Below are positions 24,622 to 36,591 of a DNA stretch of 64,000 nt, piece by piece. The translations under genes were made by a program, and so were the position numbers. Location of the stretch: the NCBI RefSeq assembly GCF_035594765.1, contig NC_085844.1, forward strand, positions 103,493,923-103,557,922, in the 5' to 3' direction. Within the stretch, counting starts at the first letter, position 1. Each line of letters begins with the position of its first letter. Source of the DNA: Anolis carolinensis (taxonomy: Eukaryota). The notes under the pieces were generated by a model that was given only the letters and a program-made list of their open reading frames with translations, made no database searches and was not told the DNA's origin.

Positions 24622-24666
24622 TTAACAATATCTGTTCTTAATAATATCAGTTCTTAACAATATCTG
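24622..24666. repeat. 16-bp tandem repeat, ~2.8 copies
   Basis: TTAACAATATCTGTTC / TTAATAATATCAGTTC / TTAACAATATCTG. Confidence 0.85.
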
Positions 24667-25184
24667 ATCTGTCAGGCCATTTCTGATTGTGTGAGCTTTT
24701 GAGTGGGGTGAGATGGACAGAATGGAGGAGAGAAAGAGTGGATAATTGAAAATATTTACTGTAGAAAAAGAGAAAGTGTTACTGTAGAAAGAATATAGAA
24801 TGAGTGCATCAAGAGAAAACGAGTTACTGTAGAAAGAATGGTTCATCAAAAAGCAGGATATGGGCACAACAGAAGCCACCATTAGGTTGATGATACTATT
24901 TTTTCCTATGGTGAACATTTGGAGGAGAGTTCTGATTGTGTTCTTGGTCTTACCCCTTACCACACTGGGGCTTCAACTCGGGCAGCCCTGTTCTTCTGGA
25001 GCAAGCAGAATTCTAGGAAATGCAGTTTAGGGCAGGGTCTTTTGAATACTCTACTACAGAAGTCCTCACCTTCCCAAATGCATTTCCCAGAATTCTACTC
25101 ATGCCAGAAGAACGAGGCTGCCTGCTTTACAGCCTCAGTGTGATAAGGCTGTTACTCTTATGTTAAGTGTGTCATATACACTTC

Positions 25185-25310
25185 GGGCCCTTACACACTG
25201 CCATAGAATCCGGAATATCAAGGCAGATAAAACATATTATCTTCTTTGAACTGGATTATTTGAGTCTACACTAACAGATAATCCCATTCAAAGCAGATAA
25301 TTTTATACAG
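25185..25310. mobile_element. Harbinger MITE, truncated
   Basis: GGGCCCTTACACACTGCC start; body homologous to 3464-3602. Confidence 0.75.
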
Positions 25311-25345
25311 TTCCTAGCCTCCACCTACGTATGTATACCTTGGAA

Positions 25346-25765
25346 CAGGGATCCCCAAACTAAGGCCCGGGGGCCGGATGCGGCCCTCCGAGGTCATTTA
25401 CCTGGCCCCCGCCCTCAGTTTTATAATATAATATATTGTATATACATATAATATTGATAATAATATTATAATGTAATACAATATAACACTAATAATAATA
25501 CCATATAATAATATTGATTATATATTCTATATTACATATAATATTACTAATAATATTACAGTATAGTGGTATAGTTCAATATAGCAATATATAATGCTAA
25601 TATTGTGCTATGTACATATAATTTGTAAGCCACTCTGAGTCCCCTTTGGGGTGAGAAGGGTGTGATACAAATGTAGTAAATAAATGCAGTAAATAATAAA
25701 TAAATAAATAAATAAATAAATTTTAGACTTAGGCTCATCCAAAGTCTGAAATGACTTGAAGGCAC

Positions 25766-25802
<37 letters not shown>

Positions 25803-26078
25803 CCCTAATTAACTTGACTATCTCATTGGCCAGAAGCAGGACTACACTTCCCATTGAAATCCTGATAAATGTATGTTGGTTAAAATTGTTTTTATTTTTA
25901 AATATTGTATTGTTCTTTCATTGTTGTTGTTGTTGTTGTTGTTGTTTTTGCACTACAAATAAGACATATGCAGTGTGTATCGGAATTTGTTTGTATTTTT
26001 TTCAAATGATAATCCGGCCCCTCAACAGTCTGAAGGATTGTAGACCGGCCCTCGGCTTAAAAAGTTTGAGGACCCCTG
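25346..26078 (+). mobile_element. hAT (Charlie/OC1-like) composite MITE, copy 2
   Basis: Near-identical to 17063-17794. Perfect 8-bp TSD CCTTGGAA. Cassette at 25424-25720. Confidence 0.95.
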
Positions 26079-26199
26079 CCTTGGAACATACAAGAGGTGA
26101 ATGGCAGCTTTGGGAGGGAAAGAAATGAAAGGAATGGTGGGGGAAAACGCTATCCATTAATTATTTTACAGTAGAACTGGAAGATGAATGACTGATTTA

Positions 26200-26347
26200 G
26201 GCCCCTTCTACTTCCCTATACTCCAGGATCTAATCCCAGATTATCTGATTTAAACTGGATTTTATGAATCTCCACTGCCAGATAATCTGGGGCAAGTAGA
26301 TAATCTTGGATCAAATCCTGGGATATAGGGGCCATGTAGAAGGAGCC
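26200..26347. mobile_element. Harbinger MITE (related subfamily)
   Basis: GGCCCCTTCTAC / GTAGAAGGAGCC termini with sub-terminal inverted repeats. Confidence 0.7.
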
Positions 26348-29242
26348 ATGGTTTGTTCCTCATAGCACTCTTGATGAAAAACATAGTTTCTGAGAAACTT
26401 CTTTTCGGTGGTAGAACCACAATTGTGGATTTTGCTCTCCATAATATTTTTCAAGTTCTTTCCCTTCCTGGTTTAAGGGAGCTCAGATAATAGTCTTATT
26501 CTGGATGATAAGATTTGTCACCTTACTGTATTTTGCTGCCTTCCAGTGCCACTGCACATTTTCACTGCTGCAGTTTTAATATTGTATTTTATTGTGGTAA
26601 TATGTTTCTCTTAATTTCTCCTGAGAAATCAGTTTAAAAAGTGGGATATAAATAAAGTAAATAATAATATTATCTTTGTATTTTTGTAAACCCTCCTCAA
26701 TCAGGTCAGAAGATCCATGCATATTTTCTCTTGGGAATAAGAAAAATATATTTAATTAGAGAGGGAATAAGAGAAATATATAATTCCTAAAGATTTTTTT
26801 GTGTGTGGAGTAAAATAGGCCATTTTAATTAGCTCTGAGTTGTTCTGTGTATATTTGGATTAGCAGAATTAGATAGTAACCCTGGCTACTATGAGCTAAA
26901 TTCAGCTCACTAGCCATCTGTTGGTGACCGGCCTGCTGTGTGACAATCTCTTGGTTTCGGAGTGTTTCATAAGGTCCTCAATGTGCACATGACGAGTAAG
27001 CTATATTTCCCTTAGTAATGTTAGCACATCAAAAGTTTTGAGATCATCAAGCCTTTTACTCAGTTCACATTGAGAAGTAAAATTAACTACATTCACACAT
27101 CTCAAAACAAAGCCACTGTCATCTTTATGATTGTACTATTATCTGATTTTTGCTTTTAAAATGTTGGCTGAAACACATGTATATGAAAATCCATTTTAAT
27201 AATTAAAAACTTTAGAAAGGTATGAAATTAATTTCCAGTAGCTAGAAGCCACTGCAATAAATGCAAATACAACAGAAATGTGTATAAATATGTTTTATTT
27301 TTGACTATCTAAAAATAATCACAGATAAATACAAAAACAGGATGGGCATGGATTTATGAAAAAGTAAATATGAATCTGAAATGGACTGAAAACAGAATAA
27401 TAGAGTCACAGTACTATGCTAAATATGAATTAATGTACAATGGGTGATACGGGGCCTGTGGAGCAGATTCCCAAGAGGTGTGGCACAGGAACATGTCCAG
27501 GGAATGCTGGGATACAACTTCATATTATCCGTCACTTTAGTTAGGGAAGGGAATCATGAAACCCTTCATATATTATTCCACCAGCCCCAGCCCAATGATG
27601 GATAACAAGTATTGCAGACCATGAAAATGGCTTCATGGTGACCGTTCCTGGTCTAAATCCAATGCTTAGATCCAGTTAAAGGAGTCTTATTGATTTAGTG
27701 GAATTTGCACTTTACTGACTTACAATTTAATAAATCATTGGTCTTATTGGGTTTTGTATCTGCAAGGTTCTCTGGGATACATCCATTGTAGCACAGGAAA
27801 GTGGAAAAAGTCTTCAGTCACTTCTGAATGTATGTCTTTACCTAGAAGGAATAAGTATAGTTTGAACATCTTTAGTTCTTTCAGTTTCTGAGCACCTGCA
27901 GATAAGTTGTCTGAGTGTATTCAAAACGTACTTCATAGCAACGATCACCCTATGTGACTTGGTCCTTCTAGCCACATGAGATGACAATTGCCTACACCCA
28001 TTAACCACACAATTAAGTGATTACTGTGTAGCTCATGCTCATTTGAATTTTTCTGTCTACAATCTTTACTTCTAACCCATTTTATGTTTAATCTTAAAGC
28101 AGCACTTATGGGATATTTTTCCCTCAAATCCTTTGCTTGAACATAGAGAAAAGATAACATCAAATGATCTGCAATTGCTTTAAACCACTGAGGCAATGCA
28201 TCTAAGTATTTAACTCACTGTTTTTTGTATTTGCTTTGCATAGAGCTTTAGAGATTATCCTGCTGTGCCAGACATATTGTCTACCCTAACAGCTTGGTAC
28301 TGGCGGTGGTGAGTGTTGGATATCTCAAGCATCAAAGAAGATGAAAAGAATTAAACAGTAGGTGGGACAATCTACCCAAAGAGAAGGTTTCATTCTAATT
28401 CCTTGGATGGAGGTATATGGGCACAGCATTTGAATTGGTCATTTAGTATAATTTGCCAAAATGATTTCTAAAACCATTTTGTCCACTGGAGTCTTCTAGA
28501 TATTATTTCAGTCGCTTTTCCGTTCTGCCATGTTTGGGAAAGAACTACAATTTAGAAGGTATTTTCTGTCCAATGTGTGGTAGAATATAGACCTGTACCT
28601 TTGTCCATAAAATCTTTGTAAGTGAAGAATCAAATGTGCTGAGACCTAAAATAATGAATAGTGAAATGAGAGTGAAATAGAAGCAGATAAAATAATTATT
28701 TTTTTCATTGGGAATATTCATAATTACAATGAATTCTATTCTGCACCCACAAAAGAAAATTTAATTTTCCTGAAAAGGAAAATTCAATTGTCATTTCCTC
28801 AGTACTCTGCTCTTAGAAAACAAATAAGCAAAGAATGTATGGCAATCTGGGCATTAAAATGTTCAAAGTACGAATTAAAAAGTATGTTCTCTATATACGT
28901 AGAATATATAGAGGCACCTGTCACCTACCATAGAATCTCGTGTTTTCCAGATTTGTTTCTATAGGCTACTCAAAGTTTTTTTTGGATCCCAACATATCCA
29001 TTCATAATATTGGGCTGCAGGTGTCTGGTTTTAAGAGTGAGACACTATTTCTCTCCCCATGCCAAGAATACACAGGACAAATCTAACAAAGACTTTACTT
29101 GCAACTTTTTTTCTATCTGCTTCTGAGTTTGAGAAGATGCCATGACATTTAAAAATGAATGAAGCTGGAAGAGAAAAAAAGAAAATGAGATAATACAAGA
29201 AGATAAAAGAAGATACAACTAGGTTAAAATTTGACGATAACA

Positions 29243-30155
29243 AATAAAGGAACAATTAAAGGAGTGCATGACAAATTGGGCAAGAGATTTAGGAAGAACT
29301 ATTTTATTAGAGGAATGGGAACTTTTATGAGGAAAAAACTGAATTACACATATGCCTATGAACTGAAAGAAAATTGGTGGAAAATGTTCTATCGGTGGCA
29401 CCTGACCCCATAAAGGATATCAAAATTTACCAAAGGCAAAAAGATTAAATGCTGGAAATGTGGAAAAAGTGAAGGATCGTACCTTCATATGTGGTGGTCC
29501 GGTGAGAAGGTAAAATCGTATTGGAGGGAAATCCACGATAAATGTCAAAAAAAAAATTAAAGATAAAAATAGTGCTACTCCCAGAATTCTTTCTACTGGG
29601 TATGACTAATACCCAATGGGAGAAGAATGAAGACAAAATTTTTACACACTTAACAACAACTGCCAGATTAGTTCTTGCTAGATTATGGAAACAGAAATCA
29701 ACACCAAAAGTGGAAGAATGGATAAAAAGAATATGGGACAAAATGAATATGGCCCACTTAACTTTTTTGCTATCAACAACACAAAATAAGCAAAAAAAAA
29801 GAAGAAAAAAAAGGGGGGGACAGATTGGACACCAGTAAAGGATTGGATGAAGAAAGAAAAAGTCAAAATACTGTTATAATGCCCTTAATTGGAAGATGTG
29901 TCAGTTGTAGACACAAAAAATGAATAATATCAACAACATAAATAATATAAATAGCTACGACAACTTTATAGAGAAGAATGGAAGTAAAGAATCGACAAGG
30001 ATCCTGACCCTCTTTCCTTATCACCCCTTTCCCCCTCAATTTCTACCACCCCACCCCTACCCCCCCATCCCTCCTTCCCTCCCATACTTCATCAACCCAC
30101 TAAGGTGGATTTAATTGTTTATTTTCGAAAATTTAATAAAAATAATTTTAACACA
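29243..30155 (+). mobile_element. L1 LINE 3' fragment (second family)
   Basis: ELKENWWKMFYRWHLTP and CWKCGKSEGSYLHMWWS motifs. 17-bp TSD AAAATTTGAC(G/A)ATAACA at a TT|AAAA site. Confidence 0.92.
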
Positions 30156-30687
30156 AAAATTTGACAATAACACTCTTTTCTTCGTTTTAGAGGACATGTG
30201 GAACTTTTAATACTTTGAGTAATGTTTGTAAGTGAAATAGAGATGAAAAATAGATGTAATAATTTCAGTTCTGTACAACTCCTATTTTCTTGTCCTCAAC
30301 TCCTCCCCACTCCGCCATAACATATTAGATATTGGTAAAGATTTAAATTACTAACAACCACTCCATTATCCCCAACACCTTTATATATTTTCTTTTACAC
30401 ATGACTTTTCCATTTTCCTTCTTTGTATGTTTGTGTGTGTGTGTGTGTGTAAATGTAAAAAAAAATTAAAAAGAGAAAGACACACAAAAAGTAAAGAAAA
30501 AGTACTGAAACTTGCATTAAATACAGATTATCACAATGTTTAATTATGGCAGTGATGTATTTTCCTCCCCCTCTCCCTTGCTCCCTCTCTACCTCTTCCC
30601 CCTCTTCCTCTTCTTTTTCTTTTTCTGTTTGCCAGCTGAACCTGAGTTATAGAGCAGTGTCCAGCTCATCTAGCAGAGAGAGAAATG

Positions 30688-30760
30688 GTTGCCTTGGTAG
30701 CAAGTCTGAACCAATCGGTTGCACAAACTCTCCAGAGACAATCTAATTTGTGCATCCAAT
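30688..30760. promoter_or_regulatory. Candidate RFX X-box plus two CCAAT boxes
   Basis: GTTGCCTTGGTAGC at 30688-30701; CCAAT at 30711 and 30756. Unique-looking DNA. Confidence 0.3.
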
Positions 30761-32097
30761 AGAACCCAGAACAGGTGGCTAAATTAGTGTGTCGGACAGC
30801 TGAGAAATATGGTACATATGTATTGAGGCACTCTAATAGTTATCCCTGACACTGATAAAAATAGTGAGTTGCCTTATATTTACATCAAGGTAGCTTGAGA
30901 ATTAAACATACAGGTTTATTAAATGGTAACTAAAGTAATTACACCTTAAAATATCACATTGGAAATTTAAGAGACATTCAACTGCCTCAAAACATAGATA
31001 ACAAGTCATGTGTGTAGTAGTAGTAGTCTGTATGTGTAAGAGTTATCACTATAAAAATAAAATGTGGGTAAAATCAAACAATAGGACTACTGCTCCATTA
31101 CAATTCCAGCTGAGGAAACATTGTACAGGAAAACCTATACATGTACTGGGTGGTCACTCATTTTGTTCTTGAAGGAAGCGACAAGTGATGTTAGCAATTT
31201 TAATTCTACTGTAAGAAAATCTTTTGAAGCTATGCAGTTTTTGAAGACAATTTGCAGTTTTTGGGACTTATTCTATACAAAATTTGCATGTGGTCTTGCT
31301 GCCTGAAAAACAGCATTTTCTTCAAAGAAAATATTTCTGCACTGAAAATGTCGTTTTCTGTGCAAAAATGTGTGAATTTTGTATGGAATAAGTCTTAAAC
31401 AGCAGAGATTATTTTCATCTCAGGGTTTCTTGGTATTCAAAACCTACCTTTTTCAACACATGTTTTGAATATTTTTGAATATTTTCCTACCTTTAGTGTT
31501 GATGCACACCTCTGCAACTCAAGTCCAAAATATATGCAAGAAGAAGTGGTGGAAGGCCTGTGCATAAATAACTGTATGTCCATATTCCATGAGCAATATT
31601 AGCTTCTCACCTTAGTGTTGATGTTGCCCATTTTTATGGCTTAAAAATACAATCGAGAGTTGCACTTGAATATGTGGTTAACAGATAATCCTTATTTAAT
31701 TTAGAGCTGTTTAGAAGTTCAGGTTCTTAACACATTTTTATGCACTTTGACACTTTATCTTTCAGGGCTCATCCACAAATTGAGTCCACTTTTTGAGTCC
31801 TGTTTTCATATCTAATCATTGAAAAGTCATGCTTGGAGAAGGTATTGTTTTGTTCTACAAACTTAGAGTTCCCAATCTTGGCTATGATGCCTGTGAGTCT
31901 CTGGGATTTCTAGTCCCAAATCTCTTCCCAGGCTGTGTTGAAAACATTATAATAACATATTAATAATTAACACTGAATGTGTTTACATTTTATTCTCTGT
32001 GTTAGTTGAGGGATAAAAGGCAAGAAGTGTTTTAACAGAATTTAAATATGATAAATAAGGAGGAAGGGAGCCTATCTCTTAAAGGGGCCTCAGAACA

Positions 32098-32280
32098 TTA
32101 TTTATTTATTTAAAACATTTATATTCTGCCCTTCTCACCCCGAAGGGGACTTAGGCTAGAGCACAACATATATACGGCAAACATTCAATGCCTGAACATA
32201 AAATAAACCATAAATATACCTAAATACTAAAATCAGTTATCTTCACATTAAAACCATTATTTAAAACCATCACAAGTCAG
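32098..32280 (-). mobile_element. L2-type 3' end (L2 or L2-tailed SINE)
   Basis: (TTTA)n...TATATTCTGCCCTTCTCACCCCGAAGGGGACT...GGCAAACATTCAATGCC, shared with the 14299 tail. Confidence 0.7.
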
Positions 32281-34572
32281 CCATGAAATTTCCTAATGAT
32301 CTGCTATCAGCCCAGTGAAATAACAACACATTTCTGGAAACAAGGGTGGAGGTCAATTAATTGTACTAAGGAACTCATCACAATCTAGTAGAGTTGTTTT
32401 AGCACTGGCACAATGTTTCAAAAATTTCATATCAATCATTGTGCTTTCTGTTGCTTTCTCTCCTAACTGATGTCCAGGGCATGGTCTATTTTGCTTGCTG
32501 TTTTGTAGCTTTTGGTAGTGATTATTTTTCTTGCTACAGATACTACTTGTGATTTCTAAATCAAGGCCAGGTCTAACAGTGGCAATGTAACATAATTTTG
32601 AACTAGGGTAAAAATCCCCCAAAGAGTAAGAAATATTCTTTGTCTAAAGAATTGTCCTCCTACCTGAATTGAGTTTCAATTTGTTAGACTTAATTGACTT
32701 AATCACCGATGCTATGCATATGTTTCAGTGCCTTACCATAATTAAATAGAAAGGAGCCAGAAAATAGAGATCTCTGGATATTAATGACACCAAATCTCCA
32801 AGTGAGTCCCATTATTTGGCGGTTTCATGTAGTTGTCAGCTAGCATGGAAGGCTATCATCTGAAAATTATATGGCAAATATGAGTGGTACCACTCATATG
32901 AGTAAGGAGTCTCTCATACCCGAACTAGAAAGATCAGCCAGAAGGGATAGGATGATTGATGGTACAGAAAAGTTCTGAGATGCCAAGAAGAATGATCAGA
33001 GAGATACTTTCATTATTTATCTTACTTCTCGGACAAGCCAAGGTAGGTTCCATTCCAAACCCAAGTCTGAAACCAACCTGAAATATATTGAGCTAATTCA
33101 TATTGTGTAGGAATGTTTGAAACTGGAAATCACCATTTTCACAAAATTTGCATACAGCCATTCAGTAGCACAATCAGTAAGATCAAAGAGGGATTTCTCA
33201 CAATCAACTCCTTCAAAGTAGAAGGAATCACTACTGGTCATGATTCCAATGATGTTCTTGAACAGCTGCATGCTGAACTGGCAAGTTTTGGTTGTTATTA
33301 TTGTAGCTCAGCTGACAATCTTGACATCTTAATTATTTTGTATTTTAGTTGTGTCTTCAGCTCTTTAGATTACCATAAGGATTTATATATTGTGAAGGGC
33401 AGACTGATTTATATCTCCCATTCTGATGGCATCTGAACAATATCAATATTGAATTAGCAAGCAGAATTTGTTTATATAGACAGCTTGTCTACCCCTTACT
33501 GTAACAAGGTACTTCCTGTGGGTCTATTGACTGAAATTACACAACACCTTAAATAGAATACTCTTCTTTGATATGTGATCTAGCAACAAGAGAAAATTGC
33601 GATGAGGAGGAGGATGGTGCTCCTCAATTGATGTTATGGGGAACTCAGAGGTAGAAATAGGTGATTATATTATCTATATGAACACCAAAGAAGCTCATAC
33701 TTGTGTTCTGCAATGCCTTTGTAAGAGGAGAACTAGAGGTGAAGAAAGTCTTGTTTATTCTTGCAGAAGAATCAAATCTTAAAGCTTGACCTGAATTGAA
33801 TTATTTTAGTATATGCATAAGTAATTGTGTGTTTCTATGCTTCCCCATGGAAAAAGTCCCCCATAGAATATTAACATGTAGTACTGGCCTGAGATATTTT
33901 TCTTTATGGAGCAAAGCAACAAAGAGTGACCTCTTCTATATAAACCAAGGTGGATGTGTAGTGTATAAAAACAGTCAAACAAACAATAAATACGTCAAGT
34001 TAGTTTGGCTGATGAGGCAGACTAAAACACTTGTACCTCTCCCTATTCTAGGCAGTAGAATTGTAACTGCATCAAATAAGATTATTAGCATTTTTGCCCT
34101 TTCCTGCTATTTCAAATCAGACATTTGAAGTGGTCACCATCTCATTATACCTAATGGTAGGGTTGGCCCTCAATGTAAGATAGGAATGGGGATTGGTGGT
34201 TTTGATATGTTGTAAGGTTATATTTCCTATCAACCCTGAGAAATAGTTATATCCTATGAGACTGATGAGAGTTGAGGTCCAACAGCCACAGGACAACTCC
34301 TACTATAATGTAAGAACAGAGGATAAGTAAAAACATGGGCAATCACATGCCTAGAAGGACCAGGGAAAATATGATTCCTCAAAAGATGCAAGAGTATTCT
34401 GCTTCTTCATACATGAGTTCTCTCATTTGTGTTCAGCAGATTCCTATGGGAAGTTAATCTTTTCCACAGTATTAAAAGAAGCCTAGAAAAGTTTCTTGTT
34501 GATGTTGTAATACAAGAAAAGAGTTAGCAAAGAGAGGTCTAGAAGGTGAAAAAAAAGCCTAGAGTTGCTTTA

Positions 34573-34866
34573 AGGATCTCATCACACTTACCTTTTATAG
34601 TGTCATAGGATATTAACGAGACAGTCCAGTGACAGATGGGCATGCTGCCCATCACACAACATCACTGGATGTCCTATTGAAGCCCCACCCCCAACTGGAG
34701 TGGAAGCATCATAGCATGCTTCTCTCCTAACATGGGAAGGCTCCTGTGTTGTTCTGGCTCCAATGAAGAAAGCACTGCTTTGGTGACATTTCTCCCATGT
34801 AATGGGGAAATCATTGCTGGTGAAATGGCACGGGGGGAGGGGGGGTCGTCCATGTGATGAGGTTGT
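34573..34866. mobile_element. Degraded Harbinger-like element
   Basis: CTCATCACAC / ATGTGATGAG termini. A similar element lies at ~58390-58695. Confidence 0.45.
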
Positions 34867-35182
34867 AGGTGGGAAGTATGGGAATGCTTAGTTTTGTTTT
34901 TATTGGGATGAGGCTCAGTGAAGGCATAGCAATAAGCTTAACAGAAGAGCCTCATTATAGTCCCTTGCACATACAGATATTTGTGCATTTATTAAGCTAC
35001 TTGATGTTTATTTCCATGTAATTGGTCCTCTACATGGAATGCACTGGCAAAACAAAATAATAACAAAAACATAGTAAATTGCGTGCATACTCAGTCTGTT
35101 TTCATTTCTGCAGAGAAAAGAAGTCACTCCACAAGGCTGAGGATTTCCATCTGTTATATCTTCAAGGAAGTGCTGCAACCAA

Positions 35183-35250
35183 AGAAGTGGGTTTATATCT
35201 ATGAAAGCTCATGCAAAAATTAAAAAAAATCAGTTTAGTATTAAAGGTGT
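35183..35250 (+). mobile_element. Penelope-like terminal fragment
   Basis: GAAGTGGGTTT...GAAAGCTCATGC...TTAGTATTAAAGGTG resembles recalled reptile Penelope ends. Confidence 0.4.
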
Positions 35251-35387
35251 GTCCTATTTTCTTTTTTCTTCCCCCTTCCTTCCTCCTTTTTATCTGTTAA
35301 GCTGTCACGATTGCATTTAGGGCCATGTGCTCTCTTTTTTTAGGAAGCACTATGTATGCTAACCTGTCAACCATGCTTTTTTCTACT

Positions 35388-35415
35388 GGATATGGTTGCC
35401 AAGGAAACCATATCC
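35388..35415. promoter_or_regulatory. Palindrome centred on an RFX X-box-like motif
   Basis: GGATATGGTT-GCCAAGGA-AACCATATCC; core GTTGCCAAGGAAAC. Confidence 0.4.
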
Positions 35416-35864
35416 TTTATATGCATTCAAAGTAACAATCATTTCCAACTCTGTCTCTGGGAATTGTGGCTTAGATACGGTGTTCTAAAATTCAGGATAA
35501 TATTGCAGCTGCTGAAGGACTTCCTTTAACCAGAGGTACATGACTATAATAGACCAGCTGGATTTATGTTGTGCCTGTAGCTAAGATGAGCATGTTGTTC
35601 CTAACAGCAGTAGTTCTACTCTTGCAATATGGCTGTGCTCTATGCTTTGTGTGAAGAAGAAAAAATATACACAGTTCTTTTGGTGGAGGATAGAATACCT
35701 AATGCTGAGGGACTCGACTCCATTTTGGTTTTACCACACTGTCATTTAAAAACCTACTTTGCTTTATGGCAGAAAATGGCTATCATTCATTTATAGGGGA
35801 TGCATTTAGAATTATACTGCCATATGTTACAAGACCTGAGCAGGGCTGTTGAGGATAGGGGTCA

Positions 35865-36591
35865 AAAATGGCCTTCTAAATGTACGGCTTGGAAACTGCA
35901 GTTAGTGTAAAGGTTGGCGATCAGATTACTAACTGTAGCTGGTTATAGGGAGCACACCATACCCCTATTAAAGCAGCTCCACTGGCTGCTGATGAGTTTC
36001 CGGATCCAATTCAAAGTATAGGCTATTACCTATAAAGCCCTTTATGCTTTGGGTCCAACCTATCTTCAAGACTGCATCTCTTTCTATGAACTGATACAGG
36101 CTTTAAGATCTACTGGTGAGGCCCTTCTCTCGGTCCCACCTCTGTCTCAAGCCCAGTTGGTGGGGACGAGGGAAAGGGCCTTCTCGGTGGTGACCCCCTG
36201 GCTCTGGAATGCCCTCCTGAGGGAGATCAGGCTAGCCCCTACCCTCCAAACCTTCCACACACAATTAAAGACCTAGCTTTTCCGACAAGACTTCAATCAT
36301 GTTTGGACTCTCTTATAATACATATAAGGACGTTTAAACTCTTTTTTTTTTAGCACTTTATAATTCTGAGATTGAATATTGCAGTTTTATCTACAGCAAT
36401 TGTTGTATTTTATTGTTTTTACCAGGGGGTACTGTGAATTTATGATGTTGTGTTGATTGTTTATTGCCTATGCTTTGTTTTGCACTTCTTGTATTTTGTG
36501 TCACACCTTGAGTATTTTGTGAGCTGCCCCGAGTCCCTCTGGGAGATGGTGGTGGGATATAAATAAAGTTGTTGTTGTTGTTGTTGTTGTT
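35865..36591 (+). mobile_element. L2 LINE 3' fragment with (GTT)n tail
   Basis: LLKQLHWL...RIQFKV...GPTYLQDCI...RERAFSVVTPWLWNALL. Confidence 0.9.

Noticed and set aside
24756-24840. Three spaced copies of TTACTGTAGAAA as a CRISPR-like array
   Set aside because: Only 12 bp, irregular spacing, vertebrate context and no cas genes; a local micro-duplication.
33098-33436. Overlapping open frames on both strands (107 aa plus; ~57 aa minus, MQLFKNIIGIM...)
   Set aside because: No recognisable homology and no polypyrimidine acceptor; ORFs this short arise by chance.
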